A DNA stretch of 64,000 bases from Armatimonadota bacterium (GTDB lineage: Bacteria; Armatimonadota; UBA5829; DSUL01): positions 64,001 to 128,000 of the forward strand of contig JBDHZC010000008.1 of NCBI GenBank assembly GCA_039811685.1, given 5' to 3'. The notes under the pieces were generated by a model, which saw only the letters and a list, made by a program, of their open reading frames with translations, ran no database searches and was not told the origin of the DNA. This document shows positions 29,301 to 37,590 of this stretch, piece after piece. The stretch's first letter is position 1. Every line of letters starts with the position of its first letter. The position numbers and the translations under genes are program-made.

Positions 29301-30486
29301 GCCGACATTGGACCTTTGGCCGGCAACCCAGGCTGTGGCGGATGACTTCGAGGTGGTGCGAAACGGCCTCGGCAAGCTGTTGACGCAGGCCGCGCCCGTT
29401 GACGACGGCGTAGCGATTCTCTATTCGGTGGAAGGCGTACTCAGTGACGAAATTCCCTCCGAGCACATTTTCGGGAAAGCAGAGTATGCCCATGCAGCTT
29501 TTATCCATATGCTCAAAGACAGCGGAGTCGGCTACCGTTATGTGACACCCGAGCGGATAAGAGCAGGCGGTCTCAGAGGGACAAAGCTTCTCATTCTTCC
29601 TCACGCTTTCGCTGTGGATACCACCACGGCCGCGATGATTCAGGATTTTGCCAGAAGCGGCGGAACAATTGTTGCCGATCAGCGCCCCGGGGTTTACGAC
29701 GGACATCTGAAGGCTGTTCGCGGAGGAATGCTGCAAGCCTTGTTTGGCTCCCCGGAGACGTGGCACAAGGGCGTCAGAGTAGACACGCTATACGGAAAAG
29801 GCCACGGCGTCCTCTTGAACAGAAGTGTTATCCCCTACGAAACCAACAGGAGTCAGCTCGAGGCCCGTAAGTTGCGAAGTATCCTTGCAGACATCTGTCG
29901 CGGAGCCGGAGTAGACCCTTTTGTGGACGCTGTGGACCCCAAGGGCGCCAGCCCCCTTATGACAGAGTTGACTTCTCTGCGACTTGAGCGTGGCGGGCAG
30001 CTTTTGTGTGTGCGGCGCGACAGCATCGGGTGGGAGTTCACCGGACCAGGCCCTCTACCGGAACCCTATGACTACCCAGTGCGAATCACCCTCAAAGAGC
30101 CGCGCTACGTCTATGATCTGAGAAGTGGACGCAGTCTGGGTTTGACACGCAGCTTTCGCTGCGATCTGCGGGGAGGGCGCGCCAACTTTTACGGCGTGTT
30201 CGAAACGCCTGTCCTCGTGGCAAGCGCATCCGCCCGGAAAGTGTCCTCTGACGGCGCCGACCAGGTTGATGCTCAAGCCATGTTGAATGGGTCTGATACG
30301 GCCTTGCAGTTCAGCTTGTTGAGTCCCAGCGGCGAGGAGTTGCCATGGTCGAAAAAGGTGGTCACATCATCCGGGAACAAGGCACAGGCTCGTTGGATGC
30401 TGCCTCTTAACAGACTCCAGCCGGCAAGAGTGAAGGTGAAGGAATTGTTTACAGGAAAAGCCGCCGTAGCAGACATTATTCAATGA
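26338..30486 (+). CDS. Large secreted CBM9-like plus GH42-like (beta-galactosidase-type) protein
   Basis: PVVDGSIDE..W, DDCVEV CBM9-like N-terminus; SLGDEN, YGSISALNESWG, GFEG; trimerisation-like domain GGTIVADQRPG. Confidence 0.8.
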   Translation: MTTGTLQALRQSRLSRRAGVVRAFASVCIVSLIALAGWSPGANAGEVDKFCSCPTARTPPVVDGSIDESEWALSPWQSGFAIPNSRNLAPAQTKFRVARSANDLYIAIEAKEPEMDRVKAKETQRDTEVALDDCVEVGIDPPHDHLTHYHFIVNPRGALLDFRNGFYSAWDANVRVGVKRLKDRWTVEMAIRLVDLAQRKPKSADVWGFNVYRERQASGSTELSNWAESTGIFTVSRQMGHLVFGFGGFSFAKAHQKFLKTLTPELARSPNGFEGRPWTFLDNELSEDHDLASSLKSTGPHVRPSAAVRALVFIGARGEGRNLNPGTAVRDAVELVKRYGFDATAVFVNSRGLVGEALGERRLRYLLKDSYNAFVFGHCSPADLPKPYQEEIERRLNAGAGVVCVSDDSTPSWFDGRRTFEPGDFSSTLPVPELSAFQAIKPTSDESSRDYEPIQSFSCGHGRAVSIRYPGVNGLTPEMPATRENVLEYGYWIDIVGQAVQWASRSEPAGRVQVPSMTVGRSQLPQAVPLEIRPLPDQQHKPAVLLRDMENTTELAVNTTPEGIYEAELPELPAGRYWLEVYSAGTDGQQQPVSALGRLQVVQTTSQMRISIDRALFKEDENVTGSIHSGQGTAVRITLENFDGDWLASKTLPRSTTETRFSIPLTGRVTANMTLRVESLSQDKVLETQSIGVKAQRKRTDDFHGVMWDQPDGPMGLLAFRNLREKAGFDVVLDGAIGEAALGADYMGLPYTTRITNTRKPDGVMTWGCWNDPAAVRRRIDTVIDKQKINAANGVWCYSLGDENDTMGCCLHPDCLAAYRRYLQQQYGSISALNESWGERYQSFEDVQLLRGDDVFKDGQAFQTGKYPRWLDRQKFARLNYARLCKRYAEAYDEIDPGAITGFEGTGRFGEDPDALLGSVGMWTTYNNIFDDILRTLIPPEFIHSIWVGYQKDADSLLAASWRALALGADSYWWWRWDGIGFYRGFARPTLDLWPATQAVADDFEVVRNGLGKLLTQAAPVDDGVAILYSVEGVLSDEIPSEHIFGKAEYAHAAFIHMLKDSGVGYRYVTPERIRAGGLRGTKLLILPHAFAVDTTTAAMIQDFARSGGTIVADQRPGVYDGHLKAVRGGMLQALFGSPETWHKGVRVDTLYGKGHGVLLNRSVIPYETNRSQLEARKLRSILADICRGAGVDPFVDAVDPKGASPLMTELTSLRLERGGQLLCVRRDSIGWEFTGPGPLPEPYDYPVRITLKEPRYVYDLRSGRSLGLTRSFRCDLRGGRANFYGVFETPVLVASASARKVSSDGADQVDAQAMLNGSDTALQFSLLSPSGEELPWSKKVVTSSGNKAQARWMLPLNRLQPARVKVKELFTGKAAVADIIQ

Positions 30487-31445
30487 ATAATCTGGATAGC
30501 GAAGTTCAAGTTTTTGACAGAAAATTGCGCGATATTCTGGCTCTGCAGAAGTTCGATGGTGAACTGGAAGTTGAAGTCAAGAGCCAGGAGTCTGACGGCG
30601 CTATCTCGCGAAAGTTGATTTGTATCAGAGTGGGTGAGGCGGAGTGGATGGGCGCTTACCTGCTGGAGCCGGATGTGGGCAAGCCCGTGAAACGGCCGGG
30701 AATTCTTGCGATTCATCAGCACGGAGGAGATTTCTCTCTCGGCAAGTCCGAGCCGGCCGGCCTTTCCGCGAACAGAGCATTTCACTACGGACTCGATCTC
30801 GCCAAGCGGGGTTTCGTTGTGCTGTGCCCGGATTTGCTCGCCTTCGAAGATCGGCAACCTCCAGAATGGAAACGCCGCGAAGGCTCAGCGCCGGATGGAT
30901 TCTGGTATGAGCGCTTCGAGGCGCTGCGGCTTCTGTTGAATGGCTCGTCACTTCAGGCAAAATACCTGGCGGATCTGGCGCGCGCTTTGGACTTTCTATG
31001 CTCTGTGGCAAATGTTGATGAAGGGCGAATCGGCGCGATAGGTCACAGCCTTGGAGGGCAGGAGGCTCTGTGGCTGACGTGGTTTGACTCCCGCATAAGC
31101 GCTTGCGTTTCGTCGTGCGGATTCGCGCTGATCCGTGCGATTGTGCGCGACCAGATCAACCACAATATGGCGCTCTACGTTCCGGGCTTGCTGCAGATCG
31201 GTGACGTGGACTTGCTGGCATGTGCGATTGCGCCGCGCGCCCTGTTTTTCTCTGCTGGAGACGCCGACTCCATTTTCCCTGTTGACTCAGTGCGGGCGAT
31301 TGCTGAACGGTTGCGCGAAAGATATGCGCATCAGGGAGCACTGGAGAGAGTCGAGTACGCAGAGTTCGTGGGCGGTCACGGCTTTCCAGATGACATCAAG
31401 GAGCGAGCTTACGACTTTCTGCAACGGAACTTGAGTCGAGAATGA
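30483..31445 (+). CDS. Alpha/beta hydrolase (dienelactone hydrolase or carbohydrate esterase-like)
   Basis: GHSLGG nucleophile elbow, IAPRALF, D.IFP, GGHGF. Confidence 0.9.
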   Translation: MNNLDSEVQVFDRKLRDILALQKFDGELEVEVKSQESDGAISRKLICIRVGEAEWMGAYLLEPDVGKPVKRPGILAIHQHGGDFSLGKSEPAGLSANRAFHYGLDLAKRGFVVLCPDLLAFEDRQPPEWKRREGSAPDGFWYERFEALRLLLNGSSLQAKYLADLARALDFLCSVANVDEGRIGAIGHSLGGQEALWLTWFDSRISACVSSCGFALIRAIVRDQINHNMALYVPGLLQIGDVDLLACAIAPRALFFSAGDADSIFPVDSVRAIAERLRERYAHQGALERVEYAEFVGGHGFPDDIKERAYDFLQRNLSRE

Positions 31446-31497
31446 GCATCTTTAGAGATGAGTGCGGGAGAACACATAACGAAAGAAAGCGCCAGCG

Positions 31498-32619
31498 GTG
31501 AAACAGTGGATAGATGAGCACACAGGGCGCAAAATCCGGCAGCTTACGGACTCACCCGGAGGTGTGTCGCTCGATTACTTCCGCCTGCCGCGCTATCTAC
31601 CGAATGGCCTGGTCATGGCCAGTGGATCAGACGACCCTGGCGATCTGTGGTTGCTGGATGCCGGGTCAGGCGATTGCCAGCGCAGACGGTTGCCTATCAA
31701 GCGGCGACTCAAACTCAGGGAGCGGGATGGCAAGCTCTGGTATGTGGGAACGGCAGGTCGAGACGTCTGGGAGGTCACATTGCCAGAAGGCGTCCCGCAC
31801 CGTGTGACGGAAGTGCCGGCAGAAATCACAGGTCACATTGTGGATATCACCTGTGATGGTGAATCGCTGATTATCGACCTCACTGAAGAGCTTGGTACTG
31901 CTCGCACTGTACCGCTTACCAAAGACGCAGGCGCGTTCTGGCGCTATATTGACCGTCCGCGCAAAGGTTATCTCTGGAGCTACGACGTAGCAAACGGCAC
32001 GGTGACCGAGCTGGCACGATCGCAGATCTACGGCTTTGGCCATCACGACACCTCCCCCGCGGACGGTCATCTGGTCAAGTTCAGTCCAGACTACTACGAT
32101 GCGCTCTGCCAGCGCATCTGGACAGCGCGTACGGACGGGTCTCAACTGACGCGGATTCGTCCGCAGAAAGCAGGGGAGTTCGTAACGCATGAGTTCTGGT
32201 GGCCAGACGGAAAAGCGATCGGCTACACCTATCAAGACCGCCGGCAAGACCCTGCGTTGCGTGAGCTTCCATGGGGAGAATACGCACCTGTGCCCAGCCA
32301 TTTCGGCGTTGCGAACCTCAAGGGTGAAGAGATCTATCTTTCAGATCCACTGAATCATTATCACAGCCATCTTTACGTCTCCGCGGACACCAAATGGAGT
32401 ATTGGAGATGGCACAGAAGGGCACAGCTTCGTTTACGCTGCCGCGTTTTCCCTCAGTAGCTCCAGAATTGAGTTTCAGGCTCTTGCGACTGTTCATACAC
32501 CTTACGTGCCCTTTGCCGGACAGGGAGTGGATGCGACTATCACCCCCGATGGCCGCTGGATGCTCTACAACGATACACTGGACGGGGTGAAGCAAGTGTG
32601 CGCGGTTGCACTGGAATAG
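31498..32619 (+). CDS. Oligogalacturonate lyase (PL22/Ogl)-like beta-propeller, divergent
   Basis: DEHTGRKIRQLT N-terminus, QRIW, THEFWWPDG, ITPDG. Confidence 0.72.
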   Translation: MKQWIDEHTGRKIRQLTDSPGGVSLDYFRLPRYLPNGLVMASGSDDPGDLWLLDAGSGDCQRRRLPIKRRLKLRERDGKLWYVGTAGRDVWEVTLPEGVPHRVTEVPAEITGHIVDITCDGESLIIDLTEELGTARTVPLTKDAGAFWRYIDRPRKGYLWSYDVANGTVTELARSQIYGFGHHDTSPADGHLVKFSPDYYDALCQRIWTARTDGSQLTRIRPQKAGEFVTHEFWWPDGKAIGYTYQDRRQDPALRELPWGEYAPVPSHFGVANLKGEEIYLSDPLNHYHSHLYVSADTKWSIGDGTEGHSFVYAAAFSLSSSRIEFQALATVHTPYVPFAGQGVDATITPDGRWMLYNDTLDGVKQVCAVALE

Positions 32620-32643
32620 CTGCGCGCTCAGGCAGACGCCGCG

Positions 32644-35607
32644 CTATTGAACCACGAGAAAGTCCGTGACCTCCAGCGGAAGCGCAACTTCCACGACACC
32701 TTGCGCGTAGCGGTAGCTGAGCGCACCAGATCGCACGCTCCAGACTTTCGAGGGTTTGTGGGACGTGCTCACACGCACTTTCAGAGAACGGATGGGTTTG
32801 TCCGTGAAGTTCACGAGGGAAATCACCTCACCTGCGCTGGAAACCAGCGCATCGCCTTCGACCAGAGCGTTGGAGCACCAGATAGTCGGCTGAACGCCTG
32901 CGTCCTGAACAGGCCGCCCAATGAGTGCGCGGACGGGAACGTCGAACGCTTTGGGGAGAAAGTGCGCGAACTCGTTGCGGTCAAAAGGACGCCGTGGAAT
33001 CGCCGCTCTGACATAGGTCAGACCGGGCATAGAACCGATCAGGTACGCGCGGCCTTTGCCGTACATATTGGATACGGCCGCTGGCTGGCCTTCAGAGAAG
33101 AAGGCTATGGCCTGCGCCGAAGACGCCGGTTGCAGAGTCTCCACCACGCCGAGCGCCGGCATACTGAACGGTTTTTCTCCATCAAAGCGCAGCATCTCCA
33201 GAGGCTTCATTCTCGGCAGCTCCATCTTCACGCGTACAACGCTGTCCTGGCCGCTGCGTGTGAGTTCGTGGCTGCGAAGCCCGTAAACAGGCAGAAGAGT
33301 GTCAAGTGGACGGTTGTACTCATCGAACAGCCCGCCACCGGCAGAAGAGAACAGAACGCCGCCGCCGCTGACCCACCGCTCAATTTGAGCGGCAGAACCA
33401 CGGGAGAGATTCGGGCCAGAGATGTAAAGGACTTTGTAGCCTGACAGGACTCCGTCCTCCACGTCTGAATCTGTAATCAGATCGACTGGGATTTGGAGAT
33501 GCTTCAGAGCCAGCCAGAGATTCTGGCGCTCAACACCGTAGAGATTTGCATCACTATTGCCAACCTTCTCCCAGAGATCTGAATAGCGCGAAAGAAGCAC
33601 AGCCACTTCTGCATGGGGCGCCTTTCCGGCAAACAGCAGATCGTCAACTTCGCCCGCTTCGTGTATCACCCGATACAGCTCGCGCCAGCGGTCCCGGTCG
33701 CGCCAGTCGATATAATTCTCCGTAGCGAACATCTGCGGGCCCAGACTGAAGTGGTTGACAATCTTCACTCCGCGGCCGAGAGCCAGATAGTTGGAGCGAC
33801 GGAAGTCCGCAGAGGTGTTTCCTGGCGAATGCGGCATGCAGTAGTAGGTGAGCGGAAGGTCCCTGTATTTTGCGGCGCAACGCATGACATCAAGAGAGAA
33901 ACCAATAATCTGGGGGCTCACGACCGGCACCTGCCACTGATAGTCTTCAGACCACGGCATGGTGAGGCTACCGTATTTGAACACGTCAATCCACTGAGAC
34001 TCCTCTGGCAGGAAATACGGATGCGGCGCGTAATTGGCAGCCACGAAAACCCGGTCAGACATGGCCTCACGTACGGCTTTCGTAAGCGACGCCATACGGC
34101 GGATTGCCGTCTGAGCGGCGTACTCCCGAGCCTCGACATAAAGGACAGGATTTTGACCGGGTGTTGCGGGTCTTGCTTCCTGCCAGCTTTGTATCCCTAT
34201 ATCTGTCAGTGTCAATCCTTTTGCCTGAAGATACTCGACAAAGCCTGAATTGGATGTGTCGCTGTAGGCATTCAGGTTGATTTCGTCGCCGATGCTGAAA
34301 ACGTCCACGTAGCGTCGAGCGCCGGAGTATCTGGTGGACGAAAGCTCTTCTCTTAGTTTTGGAGGGTCAGTTTTCGGATCTGTGTGAGTAACGCCAATAG
34401 CGCGACGGCTGCTGTCGCTTCCGAGCAAGCCGAAAAGCTCATCCTCTGTACGGTCTGGTGAGGTCATCGGCGAGGCGTAGCCGAGACGGTAGAACAGATC
34501 AAGCCACCTCGAATGAAGGCCGTCACGCGGCTCACCTGGCCCAGGTACGGCAGCGGCAAAACGAATCTTCGTCGGCGCTTTGCCTGTGGGAAGGTCCTGA
34601 ATATAGCCACTAATCTTTGCCTGAATTTCGTCGGATGTAAGCGTCTGGGTAAAATCCAGACTAACTGGAATCCAGATGTAGAGCGGGCACTGATCGGCTT
34701 TCCATTGCCGGCTCCAGATGTTTTTGCCGTCTGGGCGGTGCGCTAACTCCACCTGGGCTTCCAAGTCTTTTGTGTCAGAGTTGAGGCTGATTGTCGTGCC
34801 GTGGATTGTATCGATACCACGCCCGATGTCTTTCCACTCAGAGACACTCCCGGGATCAACGACTCCAAAGCTCGGATCAATGCCGGTCTCGCGGAGATTC
34901 CAATCGCGCCTGTTGATATGAAAGCTCCCGAGCGAAGGCTTGAGAGGCGTCTTGCCGCCATTCCGCACCCTCACCCAGAGCCGCCCTGATTGTGGAAGCT
35001 CATCCAGAAACGGATCCATTCTGTTCTGCGGCTCATCCGAGGTATCGGACGTGAGGTAGATAAGATCAATGTTTCGTTTGGCGGCTGGCTCCGGATTGTC
35101 CAGTGTGTAGAGCGTGAAGCGCGCCCTGCCCGCGTTCAGAGGAAGCTCCGCTCCCTGCCAGGCGACGTTATCTCCACCGCCGTAAGAGGGGTTGATCTGC
35201 TTTGCATAACCCCAGTTGAGCGGCCACAGCTTTGTCTGATCTGCGCCGCCCATTGGAGTATCCAGTACCACGGCGCCGTACTGTTCAACCCGCAGTCCAA
35301 AACGGACGTTGTAGTCTTTTGGCGCTTCAAAATGCACCCAGACGCGGTAGGTTCCTGGTTGCGCAATCTCTGTGGTCAGACTTGCAGACGACGGCGGGCA
35401 GTGCTCGGGAGCGCTCAGCAGCTTCTCGCCAGAGATATAGCCGTTGCCAATCGCGTCTACGAAGTAGTTCTTGCCATACTCGATGACACGCCACTGGCTG
35501 CCAGACTCCGGTGTAAAGTCCTCCGCCTCCAGCAGGTGAACGGCTCCCGAAGCTGCAGCGCACAGAGTTGGCAGGAGACAGCAAAAAGCAACAAACAGAA
35601 TCTTCAA
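32644..35607 (-). CDS. Secreted GH42-like protein with beta-galactosidase trimerisation domain
   Basis: Signal peptide, LLEAEDF CBM-like N-terminus, SIGDEI, WSEDY, LKHLQIPVDLI...YKVLY...WVSGGGVL. Confidence 0.78.
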   Translation of the reverse strand: MKILFVAFCCLLPTLCAAASGAVHLLEAEDFTPESGSQWRVIEYGKNYFVDAIGNGYISGEKLLSAPEHCPPSSASLTTEIAQPGTYRVWVHFEAPKDYNVRFGLRVEQYGAVVLDTPMGGADQTKLWPLNWGYAKQINPSYGGGDNVAWQGAELPLNAGRARFTLYTLDNPEPAAKRNIDLIYLTSDTSDEPQNRMDPFLDELPQSGRLWVRVRNGGKTPLKPSLGSFHINRRDWNLRETGIDPSFGVVDPGSVSEWKDIGRGIDTIHGTTISLNSDTKDLEAQVELAHRPDGKNIWSRQWKADQCPLYIWIPVSLDFTQTLTSDEIQAKISGYIQDLPTGKAPTKIRFAAAVPGPGEPRDGLHSRWLDLFYRLGYASPMTSPDRTEDELFGLLGSDSSRRAIGVTHTDPKTDPPKLREELSSTRYSGARRYVDVFSIGDEINLNAYSDTSNSGFVEYLQAKGLTLTDIGIQSWQEARPATPGQNPVLYVEAREYAAQTAIRRMASLTKAVREAMSDRVFVAANYAPHPYFLPEESQWIDVFKYGSLTMPWSEDYQWQVPVVSPQIIGFSLDVMRCAAKYRDLPLTYYCMPHSPGNTSADFRRSNYLALGRGVKIVNHFSLGPQMFATENYIDWRDRDRWRELYRVIHEAGEVDDLLFAGKAPHAEVAVLLSRYSDLWEKVGNSDANLYGVERQNLWLALKHLQIPVDLITDSDVEDGVLSGYKVLYISGPNLSRGSAAQIERWVSGGGVLFSSAGGGLFDEYNRPLDTLLPVYGLRSHELTRSGQDSVVRVKMELPRMKPLEMLRFDGEKPFSMPALGVVETLQPASSAQAIAFFSEGQPAAVSNMYGKGRAYLIGSMPGLTYVRAAIPRRPFDRNEFAHFLPKAFDVPVRALIGRPVQDAGVQPTIWCSNALVEGDALVSSAGEVISLVNFTDKPIRSLKVRVSTSHKPSKVWSVRSGALSYRYAQGVVEVALPLEVTDFLVVQ

Positions 35608-35727
35608 CCGTCCGCTTCCTCGCAGAAAATCATATGCTGAAACGTTACACCTACGCCTTTGATTACCCTGCAGAGTTGGCTCATCTCCACCAGTCTTTTT
35701 GTGATTCAGACTTGGAAAGCAGCGCGG

Positions 35728-37590
35728 CTACTTTTCGCTCGGGATGACAATGCCCCGCATAATGATATTCTGGCAGAAGATGAAGATGAGGAGTGTCGGG
35801 ATAGCCGCCAGCACCAGCGAAGCGTAGACGACATAGGACGGCGCCCACTGCTGCATCTGATACAGCCAGACCATCAACGTCCACATCTTCTCGTTCTGAC
35901 AGACGAGAAACGCCCACATAAAAGACCCGTAGGCCCCAGTGAAGGCTCCCAGCGCGATGACAGCAAGCACAGGCGTCGAAACTCGCAGTGTAATGTTCCA
36001 GAACATGTTCATCTCACTCGCGCCGTCCAGAGTCGCGGCTTCGTAGAGCTCCCGCGGAAGACTGTCGAAGAATCCCTTTAAGATGAATATCGAAAATCCG
36101 CTGGCCATCCCCGGCAGAATCAGCGCCCAGTACGTCCCAAGCAGATGGAAGCTCTTTATGAGGAGAAAGCTGGGGATCGCGCTTACCTCTGCGGGAAAGG
36201 CCATAGTCGCCAGTAGAAACAAAAGTATCCTGTAAGTAGCCCTCAGGTTGAAGCGGGAGAGCGCATAGGCACACAGTGGGTTGACGGTGAGGCTTGTGAG
36301 GACGAGCGCGGCGCACAGCACAAAGGTGTTGAACAGCGCGCGCCCGTGTAGAGCGATGTAGTCCACGACCTCTCGATAGTTGCGCACGATAAACTCGTGG
36401 CGTATGTCTGCGGAGTTTTCGCGCAGATAGAGAAAATCGTTCTGCTCGTAGGGAGGCCGTATCTGAATCCATGAACTCCAGGAAGTGTGCAGGTCTTCGT
36501 TCAAAGCGCGCAAATTCGAGCCGTAGCGCTCGGCAAGCCACTGGCGGAAGAGTACTTCCGGAGTGCGCAGCTCCAGAGCCTTCACAGGCGCTCCGCGCTC
36601 CAGAAAGTCAATCCAGTCCACCAGCTCAACACCAGAGGCCGGGGCATCCGGCATCAGTTTAACCTGGTCAAGTGACTGTAGCGCCGCCTCGTGATCGTGG
36701 TTGTAGGCCCGCACAGTCCGATACTTCTGTTGGATGAACCTTCGATAGGCTGGTTCAGCGGACGGATCAATGCGCAGAAAATGCACAGGACATTCACGCG
36801 TGACATAGTCTTGCCAGATCCCGGTGCTGGGCCCAACGTCAGGGATGCGAGGAGTGAGACGCGCATCAAAGCGAGTCGTGTAATCAGCGCCAACAGCTTT
36901 GTTGATTGCCTCAACAGACCCGAAGCGCATGCGCAGATACTCTTGATAAAGGCCATCCACGCTGACGGTGAAAAAGTAACGGACTGGCTGCTGACGCTTG
37001 AACTCGAGGAAGTCTGAGTAGCGCCTGTTCAGGACGGGTGTGAAGTTGCGCTGCGTCCAGTTCTCAAGTGGCAGCTTCACATCCATCCACGACTCAATGG
37101 GTTCGCGGTAAGCGGTGCGCAGCCTGTCAAGATCTCCACGGAAGCGCCGTTGCTCCGCGAGACGAAATCTCCACTCCATTTCCGCAGTCATCTGCTGTCC
37201 TGCAGTCGTTGAATGACCGAGCATCATGTAAGCTCGCGATTGCGTATTCAGGAATTGTCGCCATAGTTTGACATACCTGGTATTTATCCGCGGTGGAGGA
37301 CTGAGATTTTCGAACTTCGGCAATTCACAGGAGAACCAGATGTTGTACTCTGTTACGTCCTCCAGATACTTCGCTTCAACGTATTTCCGATACAGCGCGC
37401 TCTCATCGTAGAAGTATTTTGGAATAATTCGAAAATCGTTCTGATCTACGCCGCTGGCAAACGAGGTGGAAAGCATCAGAAGAAACGGATAAACCATCGT
37501 CACCGCCCCAAGGCTGAGGACGGCGTACAGGGCCCAAATCAGGACCCGCACCTTCGGCTGCTTGCGTCCAACTACAGAGATGATCGGCAC
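35728..37590 (-). CDS. Carbohydrate ABC transporter permease (MalG-type) with an approximately 340-aa external insertion
   Basis: N-terminal TM YPFLLMLSTSF; C-terminal AYALSRF, LPRELYEAATLDGASE (EAA loop). Confidence 0.92.
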   Translation of the reverse strand: MPIISVVGRKQPKVRVLIWALYAVLSLGAVTMVYPFLLMLSTSFASGVDQNDFRIIPKYFYDESALYRKYVEAKYLEDVTEYNIWFSCELPKFENLSPPPRINTRYVKLWRQFLNTQSRAYMMLGHSTTAGQQMTAEMEWRFRLAEQRRFRGDLDRLRTAYREPIESWMDVKLPLENWTQRNFTPVLNRRYSDFLEFKRQQPVRYFFTVSVDGLYQEYLRMRFGSVEAINKAVGADYTTRFDARLTPRIPDVGPSTGIWQDYVTRECPVHFLRIDPSAEPAYRRFIQQKYRTVRAYNHDHEAALQSLDQVKLMPDAPASGVELVDWIDFLERGAPVKALELRTPEVLFRQWLAERYGSNLRALNEDLHTSWSSWIQIRPPYEQNDFLYLRENSADIRHEFIVRNYREVVDYIALHGRALFNTFVLCAALVLTSLTVNPLCAYALSRFNLRATYRILLFLLATMAFPAEVSAIPSFLLIKSFHLLGTYWALILPGMASGFSIFILKGFFDSLPRELYEAATLDGASEMNMFWNITLRVSTPVLAVIALGAFTGAYGSFMWAFLVCQNEKMWTLMVWLYQMQQWAPSYVVYASLVLAAIPTLLIFIFCQNIIMRGIVIPSEK

